From Octopus sinensis (taxonomy: Eukaryota): a DNA stretch of 64,000 bases. Below, one piece after another: positions 35,543 to 49,046 of the stretch. The position numbers were made by a program, and so were the translations under genes. Under the pieces are notes generated by a model. It was not told the DNA's origin. It did no database searches and worked only from the letters and a program-made list of their open reading frames with translations. The stretch is taken from NCBI RefSeq assembly GCF_006345805.1, contig NC_043025.1, forward strand, positions 12,028,001 to 12,092,000, in the 5' to 3' direction. Position 1 is the first letter of the stretch, and every line of letters starts with the position of its first letter.

Positions 35543-38393
35543 CAAAAAATTCAGTAAAAATTTATCGCTACCAGCGGCCTAGTGGAAAAGAGAAAATAGT
35601 CAAAGACTAAATATATATAAATATAACAATTTAGGAATGGCCTAAACAGGCCATTCGTCCACCAGAAAGAGCAGCCAGAACTCCAACCGCCAAGTAGTGC
35701 AATTCGGAAATAAGGTGAAAATTTCCGAATTGCACTACTTGGCGGTTGGAGTTCTGGCTGCTCTTTCTGGTGGACGAATGGCCTGTTTAGGCCATTCCTA
35801 AATTGTTATATTTATATATATATATATATATATATTCCCCTCTCTCTTTCGGAGAGGCACTGAGCAGCTATACGCACACATACACACACGGCAGTAACTT
35901 CCACCTACCGAATTCAATCGCAAAGCTTCTGTCGGCTCGGGGCTATAGCGGAAGATACCTACTCAAAGTGCCACGCAGTGGGACTGAACCCGAAACCATG
36001 TAGTTGGGAAGCAAGCTCCCTAACCACACAGCCATGCCCGCGCCTACAAAATGTATGCATATATGCGCAGCGCTATGTGTGTGGCAAGTTTTCTACAGTC
36101 GGATGCCCTTCCTGACGCCAACCCCCACCTGTTGCCAAGCGAGGTAGTTTTTTTCCCTCTCTCAGTTTTTTGTCCGGTCTAAATACTCTACTTGTCTTAG
36201 GCTTAAATTAGCCAGATCCAGCCTCTCATACCTACCCTACAATGATGTCATTCTATTAATAAGCAATCACATCTTCAAAATCTCGAAGCTGTGACATAAT
36301 AGTCACCATCATCATCATCATTTAGTGTCTGCTTTCCATGCTGGCATGGGTCGGACTGAAATTGGTAGGTGAGCTGGCGGAAACGTTAGCACACCGGGCG
36401 AAATGCGTAGCCGTATTTCGTCTGTCGCTACGTTCTGAGTTCAAATTCCGCCGAGGTCGACTTTGCCTTTCATCCTTTCGGGGTCGATTAAGTAAGTACC
36501 AGTTACGCACTGGGGTCGATATAATCGACTTAATCCTTTTGTCTGTCCTTGTTTAGCCCCTTGTGGGTAGTAAAGAAATAGGTATTTTGTCTGCTGTTAC
36601 GTTCTGAGTTCAAATTCCGCCGAGGTCAACTTTGCCTTTCATCCTTTCGGGGTCGATTAAGTAAGTACCAGTTACGCACTGGGGTCGATATAATCGACTT
36701 AATCCTTTTGTCTGTCCTTGTTTGTCCCCTCTGTGTTTAGCCCCTTGTGGGTAGTAAAGAAATAGGTATTTTGTCTGCCGTTACGTTCTGAGTTCAAATT
36801 CCGCCGAGGTCGACTTTGCCTTTCATCCTTTCGGGGTCGATTAAGTAAGTACCAGTTACGCACTGGGGTCGATATAATCGACTTAATCCGTTTGTCTGTC
36901 CTTGTTTGTCCCCTCTGTGTTTAGCCCCTTGTGGGTAGTAAAGAAATAGGTTTGACTGAAATTGGTAAGCTGGAAGCCTGCAATAGGTTCCAATCTGATT
37001 TGGCCTGGTTTCTACTGCCGGATGCCCTTCCTGGCGCCAACCACTCCAAGAGTGTAACGGGTGCATTTGATGTGCCACCGACACAGGTACCAGTTATGTG
37101 TCACCAGCATCAACCACATCTATGATTTCACTTGGCTTGGTGGGTCTTCTCAATCCCTTCTTCTATCCTCACCAAACACTGTTATCCACCCCTATCCATA
37201 TGCTCTCCCTTCTTCCCTCTTCTCTTCTCCCTTCTTCTATCCTCACCACACACTGTTGTCCACCCCTATCCATATACTCTCCCTTCTTTCCCTCTTGTCT
37301 TCTCCTTCTATCCTCACCACACACTATTATCCACCCCTATCCATATACTCTCCCTTCTTCCCATTTTTCTTCTCCCTTTCTCCTTTTCTCCTTCCTTCTC
37401 CCTTCATCTCACTTCTATCCATATGCTCTCCCTTCTTCCCTCTTTCCTTCTCCCTTCTATCCCCATCACACACTGTTGTCCACCCCTATCCATATGCTCT
37501 CCTTTCTTCCCTCTTCTCCCTTCTATCCATATACTCTCCCTTCTTTTCTCTTCTCTTCTCCCTTCTTCTATCCCCACCACACACTTATCCACCCCTATCC
37601 ATATGCTCTCCTTTCTTCCCTCTTCTCCATCAGATGAGTTGAAGCCGACCCAGCCCAGCAGCCCCATCGTGGAGATGGTAGAAAACCAGTTGAAGAAGGT
37701 GGAGGCCAAAATGGTGGCAGAGGAGAAAGTGGAAAGACGGGAATCCAACCATGACAGCATGAGTAGGAAAATGGGTGAGTATTCCTCATATTATTTTGTT
37801 TGTATTTCTTAGTAAGGAGAGCGGACAGGAAATATCCCGTTGAATTGGTTTTCACAGCCTCTGGGATTTATTTGTTGGGCAAAGGAGACAATAGCAGGGG
37901 GCTGTTCCTCTCCTTGCTAGAGCCCTGCAAAGGGCACTGAGAACCAGATGGTAGGGATTAGATCACAGGCCATATGAACATTATATACTCTTTTACTCTT
38001 TTACTTGTTTCAGTCATTTGACTGCGGCCATGCTGGAGCACCGCCTTCAGTCGATCAAATCGACCCCGGGACTTATTCTTTGTAAGCCCAGTACTTATTC
38101 TATCGGTTCTCTTTTGCCGAACCGCTAAGTAACGGGGGACGTAAACACACCAGCATCGGTTGTCAAGCAATGCTAGGGGAACAAACACAGACACACAAAC
38201 ACACACACATATATATATATATATACATATATATGACAGGCTTCTTTCAGTTTCCGTCTACCAAGTCCACTCACAAGGCATTGGTTGGCCCCGGGCTATA
38301 GCAGACACTTGCCCAAGATGCCACGCAGTGGGACTGAACCCGCAACCATGTGGTTGGTTAGCAAGCTACTTACCACACAGCCACTCCTGCGCC

Positions 38394-38425
<32 letters not shown>

Positions 38426-41400
38426 TCATCATCATCGTTTAACGTCCGTTTTCTGTGCTAGCATGGGTTGGACAGTTCGACCGGGGTCTGGGAAGCCAGG
38501 AGGCTGCACCAGGCTCCAGTCTGATCTGGCAGTGTTTCTACAGCTGGATGCCCTTCCTAACGCCAACCACTCCGAGAGTGTAGCGGGTGCTTTTTACGTG
38601 CCACCGGCATGGGGGCCAGTCAGGCAGTTAATTTACTAAGTTCTTTGTTATATTTAAAGTAATTGAAAGAAACCCAGAGCATCTCAAAATAAATACAGTA
38701 ACGAAAGGGTTAATGCAGTAATTAATGCTCAATGCAACGAACACTATATTAATACTAATTGCTTCGTTAATCATTTGCAGCGGAAGAAAAATTGAAAGAC
38801 CGGCTGGCTTTAGCTGCCCGAGAGAAACTATCTCAGGCCACTAAAGAGAAACAATTGCAGGCCGAACGGAAACGCAAGGCAGCTCTGTTTATCAACATGT
38901 TGAAGTCCTCAAATCAGCTGGTTACCAACCCTAATAATTCGGATAAGGACCACTCGGATACTGGAGGTAAGTTTCGTGGAATCTTTTATTGAGAAAATTC
39001 TATGGTTGTTTTTTTTCTTCAATTTCTGCAATTTCAACCAATCAATGACGTCTATTGAGGTTAAGAACATTCTGTGCCATATGAATATGTCCCTCGTTTG
39101 GATCTTTTCGGTTTGACAGGCAGTTTTTAAAAATAATTTCCACGTAACTAAACACTTTTAAACTTCGTATACTGGTAGAATGTGTTTATAAAACATCTTT
39201 TTCTCTTGGCTTTATTGAGAAAATTCTATGGTTTGTAAGATATTTGTTGTTTTTTTTTTCTTCAATTTTTGCAATTTCAACCAATCAGTGACGTCTATTG
39301 AGGTAAAGAACATTCTGTGCCGTATGAATATGTCCCTCGTTTGGATCTTTTCGGTTTCAACGGCAGTTTTTAAAATAATTTCCACGTAACTAAACACTTT
39401 TAAACTTCATATACTGGTAGAATGTGTGTATAAAACATCTTTTTCTCTTGGCTTTATTGAGAAAATTCTATGGTTTGTAAGATATTTGTTGTTTTTTTTT
39501 TCTTCAATTTCTGCAATTTCAACCAATCAATGACGTCTGTTGAGATAAAAAACATTCTGTGCCCTATGAATATGTCCCTCGTTTAAGAAACAGATTGAGT
39601 TTATTTACATTTGTGAAGATAAAAAGATACCCTTCCCCCACCGCTAACCCTAAAACAGATTGAAATGCAATAGATCGATACTAGGGTCATAATTATGGGT
39701 GACAATTTCATATGACACCGCTAGAAAAAAAACTGCCGGTCAAACCGAAAAGATCCGTTTCGTGTTACTGTTAGTAATGGTGGTCTAGTGTATGCGACCT
39801 TGAAACAGTTGTTAAAAGTACATGTGACCTTGACCGGGGTGTTCTGTCTCTGATCTTGATAGTGTGTGTGTTTTTCTTTTGCTTGTTTCAGTCATTTGAC
39901 TGTGGCCATGCTGGAGCACCGCCTTTAGTCGAGCCAGTTGACCCCAGGACTTATTCTTTGTAAGCCTAGTACTTATTCTATCGGTCTGTTTTGCCGAGCT
40001 GCTAACTTACGGGGACGTAAACACACCAACATCGGTTATCAAGCGATGTTGGTGGGACAAACGCAGATACACAAACACACACAGAGATATATACACATAT
40101 ATATGACGGGCTTCTTTCAGTTTCTGTCTACCAAATCCACTCACAAGGCTTTGGTCGGCCCGAGGCCAGAGTAAAAGACACTTGCCCAAGCACTTGTCCA
40201 AGGTGCCACGCAGTGGGACTGAACCCGGAACCATGTGGTTGGTAAACAAGCTACTTACCACACAGCCACTCCTACGCTATATATATATATATATAAATGT
40301 ATACATACATATAGGCGCAGGAGTGGCTGTGTGGTAAGTAGCTTGTTTACCAACCACATGGTTCCGGGTTCAGTCCCACTGCGTGGCACCTTGGGCAAGT
40401 GTCTTCTATTATAGCCTCAGGCCGACCCAAGCCTTGTGAGTGGATTTGGTAGACGGAAACTGAAAGAAGCCCGTCGTATATATGTATATATATGCGTGTG
40501 TGTGTTTGTGTGTCTGTGTTTGTCCCCCTAGCATTGCTTGACAACCGATGCTGGTGTGTTTATGTCCCCGTTACTTAGCGGTTCGGCAAAAGAGACCGAT
40601 AGAATAAGTACTGGGCTTACAAAAGAATAAGTCCCGGAAGTCGAGTTGCTCGATTAAAGGCGGTGCTCCAGCATGGCCGCAGTCAAATGACTGAAACAAG
40701 TAAAAGAGTAAAAGAGTATACATGTTTGTTAAGCAAGTATCTCACCTACATTGCCACGTGTGTAAATTTCACTCTGTTATCTTTCCATTAGTGATTTTTT
40801 TTGTTTTTTTATTGTGCTTCTCTGTTTAGGCTGTGTGTCCTTGGCCAGCTCCAGTGGCAACACCCCGGTGCTGCACCATAAAACTGTAGATCTCGAGGAA
40901 GTCTACTTGTCTGCTGACGGCTCTCATCACATCTACGATGCTACAAACAACGTTCAAGATGGCGGCTACTTGTACGACAACTCCAGTAACCATAGCAAAG
41001 GCCACCAAAGTTGTTCGGACAGCCCTCTTAGTAAAAAGTCGCCGACGCCACCTGGTGGTTACGTCACGAAAAGGTAGGTAATCATTTTTGTTTTACAAGT
41101 GTGTATGTGTATAAAAATCTCCTGAGTTCAGTTAGTGTAGAAACACTCACACACACACACACATCATCATCATCATCATCATCTTTTCGCATCCGGTTTC
41201 CATGCTGGCATGGGTTGGACATTTTGACAAATGGAATACTTTTATAGTTGATCTTACTCCAACACAAAACAGTACATTATTTTTATATATATGTGTGTGT
41301 ATATATATGTATCTTCATCATTTAACATCCATTTTCCGCGCTAGCATGGGTTGGACGGTTCGACCGGGGTCTGGGAAGCCAGGGGCTGCACCAGGCTCCG

Positions 41401-43205
41401 GTCTGATCTAGCAGTGTTTCTACAGCTGGATGCCCTTCCTAATGCCAACCACTCCGCGAGTGTAGTGGGTGCTTTTTACGTGCCACTGGCACAGGTGCCA
41501 GGAGAGTCTGGCATCAGCCCCGATCGGTTGGTGCTTTTAACGTGCCACCGGCACGGAAGCCAGTTGAGGCGGCGCTGGCATCGGCAACGTTTGGATGGTG
41601 CTTTTTATGTGCCACCGGCACAGGTATCATATATATATATAAAATAGAGCACCATACGAGTGTGATCGTTGACAGAGCAGCTATTCGAGTATGATCATTA
41701 CCAGCGTTGCTTTACCGGCACCTGTGCCTGTGCTAGTAGGGTGCCAAGAGCACCATTCGAGCATGATCGTTGCCAGAGCAGCCAACTGGCTTCCATACCC
41801 GTTGCATGTAAAAGGGCACCATTCGAGCATGATGGTTACCAAAAAGATTCGAGCGAGGTCATTACCAGTACCGCCTGACTGCCCCCCCACCCCCTGCCGG
41901 TGGCACATAAAAAGCACCCACTACACTCTTGGAGTGGTTGGCGTTAGGAAGGGCATCCAGCTGTAGAAACTCTGCCAGATCAAGACTGGAGCCTGGTGCA
42001 ACCATCTGGTTCGCCAGTCCTCATTCGAAACTGTCCCACCCATGCTAGCATGGAAAGCGGACATTAAACGATGATGATGATGATGTATAAAAATGTGTGT
42101 GCTAGCACATTGATTGAGTAGGGCCATGATCAAAGACATTCTGTCTGTGGCCATCTCCTCTCATGTTGTGCATCTGGAAGCTCATAGTGCAATGTGAACT
42201 TTCTTATTTAAGGCTGTCGAATGTGATTTACAGTTGATTTAGCTTCTATTTCTAGCAAGTCATGTATGAAAGGATTCTGAATCCAGAGCTGTGGAACCTG
42301 TTGTGCTATATTCGTTGGTTTTCTTTGAAACCCCCGTCTGCAATGGCCCTTTTGTGTTTCCTTTGCAGATACAACTCCAGTGCTTCTTCGTCGCAGCGGA
42401 GAGGAAGCTCGCAGCCCCAGGAACGTTCGAGGTCTCCGGGCAGTCGCAAGTCAAGGAAACGCAGCCCGTCACGGAAACACAGTCGTTCGAAGTCTCCGGG
42501 GAAACAGTTGAAGAGGAGCAAATCTCCAAGTCCACACAAACATCGGAACCATTCGAAATGCAGGTAAGTGGAACAGGTGTTACTGTGCAGGGGAAGGAGA
42601 TCCCTGCCAAGTAGTAGTAGTAGTAGTCGTCCTCCTCCTCCTTTCTACTCTAGGCCTTCTACTCTAGCTTATCAACATAGAGGAGCTCCCAGGGGTAGCC
42701 CGTCTTAAATTCGAACCACTTTACAGGGTATACTGGGTACTTTCACTGTGGTACCAGCACTGGCAGGGGTCACCAAGACCCCCCTTGACTGGGGGTGGGA
42801 GTTGGTGTTGGAGGAGCTAGCTTTGTGCATGTTGGTGAGCGGTTGAAAAATATAATGGAGAAAAGAAGGAAGAGAGAGTTAGGGAGAGAAAAAAAGGGAC
42901 AGAGATAGATAGGGGAGAAGTGTCTGGACAGATCCTCAAAGTAAAGGGGAAGGTGAATAAAGGTGAAAGGATAAGAGAGGAGTGGGATGGTGGTGAGGTA
43001 AGATTTAGGGGATAGTTTCATAAGAGTTTGAGCAAGTATAGGCGCGGGAGTGGCTGTGTGGTAAGTAGCTTGTTTACCAACCACATGGTTCCGGGTTCAG
43101 TCCCACTGCGTGACACCTTGGGCAAGTGTCTTCTACTATAGCCTCGGGCCGACCAAAGCCTTGTGAGTGGATTTGGTAGACGGAAACTGAAAGAAGCCTG
43201 TCGTA

Positions 43206-43240
<35 letters not shown>

Positions 43241-46200
43241 GTGCGTGTGTGTCTGTGTTTGTCCCCCTAGCATTGCATGGCAACCGATGCTGGTGTGTTT
43301 ACGTCCCCGTCACTTAGCGGTTCAGCAAAAGAGACCGATAGAATAGTACTGGGCTTACAAAGAATAAGTCCCGGGGTCGATTTGCTCGATTGAAGGCGGT
43401 GCTCCAGCATGGCCGCAGTCAAATGACTGAAACAAGTAAAAGAGTAAAAGAGAAAAGAGCAAGTGATGGTGAGAGATATAGGGGTGGTTTGGGAGAATTG
43501 GAGTGCCACATAAAAAGCATTGGTGTGGGTACTGGTTGTACAAAGTACAAAGTTCTGGTTATGGTCCCGCGTAAAATGTACGGTTGAAAGTACCATGTAA
43601 AAAGCATTAGTGATCATCATCATCATCGTTTAACGTCCGCTTTCCATGCTGGCATGGGTTGGACGATTTTGACTGAGGGCTGGCGGCCACGCGGCGCATA
43701 GACGAACAGAGAAAGCAAGGTGGCGTGAAGGCGGCGGCCACCCGCCGGGCTGACAGCGTCTTAGGCTGACGTCTCGGGCATCCTGCCGAACGATCCTGGA
43801 AACATCCACCTGCAGACTGCAAGCCCTCAATACAGTCTGGACCCCCTTGGGGTGCGACGGTCACCTAGAACATGACTATCCAGCGTGGGCCAACCCGTAA
43901 GCTTACAGGTCTGATTTTTTTGAACTTACGGGTCGGACCACGTCACTGTATTTACTCAGTGACTGACGGCATTGATCGCGCCTACGTCCACTCTTGATCT
44001 GGCAGAGTTTCTACAGCTAGATGCCTTTCCTAATTCCAGTGCTACATAAAATGTACTGGTGATAGTGCCATATAAAAGGTACTGGTGATGGTGCCATGTA
44101 GGAAGCACTTGTGGTAGTACCATGTAAAAAGCACCCCTTACACTCTGTAAAGTGGTTGGCATTAAGAAGGGAATCAAGCTGTTGAATTCAAGAAAAATCA
44201 TACAGCCTTGTCAGTTCCTGTCAAGACATCCAACCCATGCCAGCATGGAAAAACAAATGTTGGATCTTTTCGGTTTGAACGGCAATTTTTTATCATAAAT
44301 TCCACGTAACTAAACACTTTTAAACTTCGTATTCTGGTAGAATGTGTTCATAAAACATCTTTTTCTCTTGGCTTTATTGAGAAAATTCTATAGTTTGTAA
44401 GGTATTTGTGGGTTGTTTTTCTTCAATTTCTGCAACTTCAACCAATCAATGACGTCTATTGAGATAAAAAAAAACATTCTGTGCCGTATGAATATGTCCC
44501 TCGTTTAAGAAACAGATTGGGTTTATTTACATTTGCAAAGAAAAAAAGATACCCTTCCCCCTAACCCTAAAACAGATTGAAATGCAATAGATCGATACTA
44601 GGATCATAATTATGGGTGACAATTTCATAGGACACCGCTAGAAAAAAACTGCCATTCAAACCGAAAAGATCCCTAACCCTACAGCAGATTGAAATGCAAT
44701 AGATTGATACTAGGGTCATAATTATGGGTGACAATTTCATATGACGCTGCTAGAAAAAACTGCCGTTCAAACCGAAAAGATCCCAAATGTTAAATGTTGA
44801 TGATGATGATGGAGGTCAGTTTCTTTGCATCATACTTTGTAATTTTCTTTCTCCCTTCAGATCCGTATCCCGGTCTCCCAGTAAATACAGCTCATCAAGC
44901 CGTCAACTACGATTGATGGAACAGTCTCCCAAACACTACAGCAGACATCAGTCACCCGTACACCATTCCAGATCTCACCTCAGCAGTGCTGTTTCCTCGC
45001 AGACCCGCGTAGAGAAGTCCCGATCCAGATCCAGGTCTCGCTCCTTTAAAGAACGCTCCAAGTCCCCGTATTCCAGGAAGTCCGGCAAAAGCCCCTCCAG
45101 AAAGCAAGGCTACTCCAAGTCTCCGTCAAAGAAAAGCAAATCGCGTTTAAAGTCTCCCAGCTCCAAGAAGAAGCACAAAAGATCTCGGTCAAGGTAAGTA
45201 CTTTGAGCGGCGTTACTGTCATTAGATTGTATGGCCATGCTGGAGCACAGCCTTAAGAGTTTTGATCAATCTGTAGGCGCAGAAGTGGCTGTGTGGTAAG
45301 TAACTTGCTTACCAACCACATGGTTCCGGGTTCAGTCCACGCACAAGGCTTTGGTCGGCTCGAGGCTATAGTAGAAGACACTTGCCCAAGGTGCCATGCA
45401 GTGGGACTGAACCCGGAACCATGTGGTTGGTAAACAAGCTACTTACCACACAGCCACTCCTGCATATATATATACGACGGGCTTCTTTCAGTTTCCGTCT
45501 ACCAAATCCACTCACAAGGCATTGGTCGGCCCGAGGCTATAGTAGAAGACACTTGCCCAAGGTGCCACGCAGTGGGACTGAACCCGGAACCATGTGGTTG
45601 GTAAACAAGCTACTTACCACACAGCCACTCCTACGCCTTGGTAATTTAGCTGCTATTTCTATTTGCCTTTGTAACCATGGAAACTATGAAGAGATGCCTT
45701 TTTGTTACATCTGCGTCTGTGTTCTCATGCGACCTCTTCCTGTTGCATTTCTTCCTCAAAGATCTCCCAGCAAGAAGCAACAGAAGCTGTCAAGATCCGA
45801 AAACGACAAACACTCGAGCAAATCCAGCAGCAAATCGAAAAAGGATTCCAAAGACAAATGCTCCAAGCGTGAGAGCTCGAGGAAACGAGCCACGGAGTCG
45901 AGAGAGAAGGATTCTCCCAAGATCCAACCCTTGCTGGTCGATTTGACACTCAAGTAAGTAGACTCTTTTCTTTTCTTGGACAATTATACATATATACTCT
46001 TTACTCTTTTACTTGCTTCAGTCTATTGACTGCGGCCATGCTGGAGCACCGCCTTTAGTCGAGCAAATGACCCCGGGACTTATTCTATCGGTCTCTTTTT
46101 GCCGAACTGCTAACTTACGGGGACGTAAACACACCAGCATCGGTTGTCAAGCAATGCTAGGGGGACAAACACAGACACACACACATACATATATATATAC

Positions 46201-47908
46201 GACAGGCTTCTTTCAGTTTCCGTCTACCAAATCCACTCACAAGGTATTGGTCGGCCCGGGGCTATAGCAGAAGACACTTGCCCAAGATGCCATGCAGTGG
46301 GATTGAACCCGGAACCATGTGGTTGGGAAGCAAGCTACTTACCACACAGCCACTCCGCGTATATATTGCAGAACTTTAACGTCCTTTTTCCATGCTAGCA
46401 TGGGTTTGATGGTTCGACCGGGGTCTGGTAAGCCATGGAGGCTGCACCAGGCTCCAGTCTGATCTGGCAGTGTTTCTACAGCTGGATGTCCAGCCTAACG
46501 CCAACCACTCCATGAGTGTAGTGGGTGTTTTTTACGTGCCACCGGCACAGGAGCCTGAACAGGCTGGCAAACGGCCATGATTGGTCAGTGCTTTTAGGTG
46601 TCACCGACACGGATGCCGGTCAAGCGCTGCTGGAATCTGCCACATTCAGATGGTGCTTTTTACATGTCATTGGCACGGGTGTCTTAACTACAATTTCCAT
46701 TTGAATTTTGATTTTGATAACCCCAGTTGATATACGGATTTTTATAAATATGCCTTACAAGGAAATTACATCCTCAATATATATATATATATCACCGTGA
46801 CCGACCAGGCTATCAGATGTTGCTACACATCGCTGGTCACAATGCGCTTTGCATTGTTTTAGCCTTCAAATGACGCCACCCCGCTGGCTAAGCAAGCAGG
46901 CTAACAGAAGAAAGAGTGAGAGAAAGTTGTGGCGAAAGAGTACAGCAGGGATCACCACCAACCCCTGCCGGAACCTCGTGGAGCTTTAGGTGTTTTCGCT
47001 CAATAAACACTCACAACACCCGGTCTGGGAATCGAAACAGTGATCCTACAACCACGAGTCCGCTGCCCTAACCACTGGGCCATTGCGCCTCCACATATAT
47101 ATACCTACATACATCATCATCATCATCGTTTAGCGTCCGCTTTCCATGCTGGCATGGGTTGGACGGTGCAACTGGGGTTTGGGAAGCCAGAAGGCTGCAC
47201 CAGGCTCCAATCTTGATCTGGCAGTGTTTCTACAGCTGGATGCCCTTCCTAACGCCAACCACTCCATGAGTGTAGTGGGTACTTACCAGACGAAGCTGAC
47301 AACGGCCACGGTCGGATGGTGCTTTTTACGTGCCACTGGCATCAGATTACGATTTTGATTTACATACATATATATATACACATATCCATACACACAGAAT
47401 ATTGAGCTCTTAACACTTGGATTCACAGAAGCATCGTTGTGGCCTACAAACATGTCTGAATGGTACCAAAATGTATATATTTATTTATTTATTTGTCTTG
47501 ATGTTGTTTGTAAATCTCTGTTTCCAGGCCTGAGACTACATTTGATCTCACTTCATCGAGAATTGAAATCCGCAGCAACAGTCCACAGCCTCTCCAGACC
47601 TCGTTGGAGCCGACAGTAAACAAAAGCGAACAACCAGTTTCAGAAGTAAGGACGACTTAAATAAAATTTCCCTTATATATATATATACACACACACATGT
47701 ATGTATATGTGTATTCTTTTAATGTGTGTATATATATATATATATATAAGTATATGTGTATGTGTGTGTTTATATATATATAAGTATATATGTGTATGTG
47801 TGTATATATGTCTACATATGTGTGTATATGTATTTATCTTTATATATACTTGTGCATATATATATATGTATATTTATATATGTATATATGTGCCCATATA
47901 TATGCATG

Positions 47909-47954
<46 letters not shown>

Positions 47955-48178
47955 TGTATGTTTGTGTTTGTATATCTATATGTGTGTGTGTGTATGTATA
48001 TATATATATATATATATATATCACTGTGATCACCGTGACTGACCAGGCTATCATGTTGCTACATATCGCTGGTCACAATGCACTTCGCATTGCTTTAGCC
48101 TTCAAATGACGCCACCCCGCTAGCTAAGTGAGCAGGCCAATATATATATACACACACACACACACACGTATATATGTA

Positions 48179-48227
<49 letters not shown>

Positions 48228-48735
48228 GTGCATATATGTATGTTTATACAACTAATGTAGGATAAAATTTTTTCGGGGAAAAAGTTTTTTATCAATGGCC
48301 AGCATATCAAAAAATACCTTTAAAGGTTAAATTTATAAACAATTTACAAAATAAGGGCAAAAGAAAAATTCTAATGCCAAATATGCCGAAAGAAAGACAA
48401 AAATTGTCAATAACCATTATAATTTATGCGTCTCGAAACAAACCGATAGAAATCTCTAAAAAATTCGTTATTACCGTATTGGTCCAATTTCGGGGTTAAT
48501 TTGTAAGAATTTTCTCCTCTTCAGCGGCAAATACGCGAGATATAAGTGAAATACTTACTCATACCCATGGAAAAAGCAAGCACCAAGTCCCGTATGTTAT
48601 ATATATATAAGTATATATGTGTATGTGTGTATATATGTCTACATATGTGTGTATATGTATTTATCTTTATATATACTTGTGCATATATATATATGTATAT
48701 TTATATATGTATATATGTGCCCATATATATGCATG

Positions 48736-48769
<34 letters not shown>

Positions 48770-48813
48770 CATACACATGTATGTTTGTGTTTGTATATCT
48801 ATATGTGTGTGTG

Positions 48814-48844
<31 letters not shown>

Positions 48845-48999
48845 CACTGTGATCACCGTGACTGACCAGGCTATCATGTTGCTACATATCGCTGGTCACA
48901 ATGCACTTCGCATTGCTTTAGCCTTCAAATGACGCCACCCCGCTAGCTAAGTGAGCAGGCCAATATATATATACACACACACACACACGTATATATGTA

Positions 49000-49046
<47 letters not shown>

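Noticed and set aside
37061-37812. Three-frame Leu/Ser/Pro ORFs upstream of exon 10
   Set aside because: Stop-free only because the minisatellite lacks purine-rich stop codons.
42254-42368. Upstream TAG acceptor extending exon 13
   Set aside because: It would be out of frame with exon 13 given the phase-2 donor of exon 12.
42291-42614. Open acidic alternative frame over exon 13 (FEVSG repeats)
   Set aside because: By-product of RS codon usage and a 60-nt internal duplication; no splice phase leads into it.
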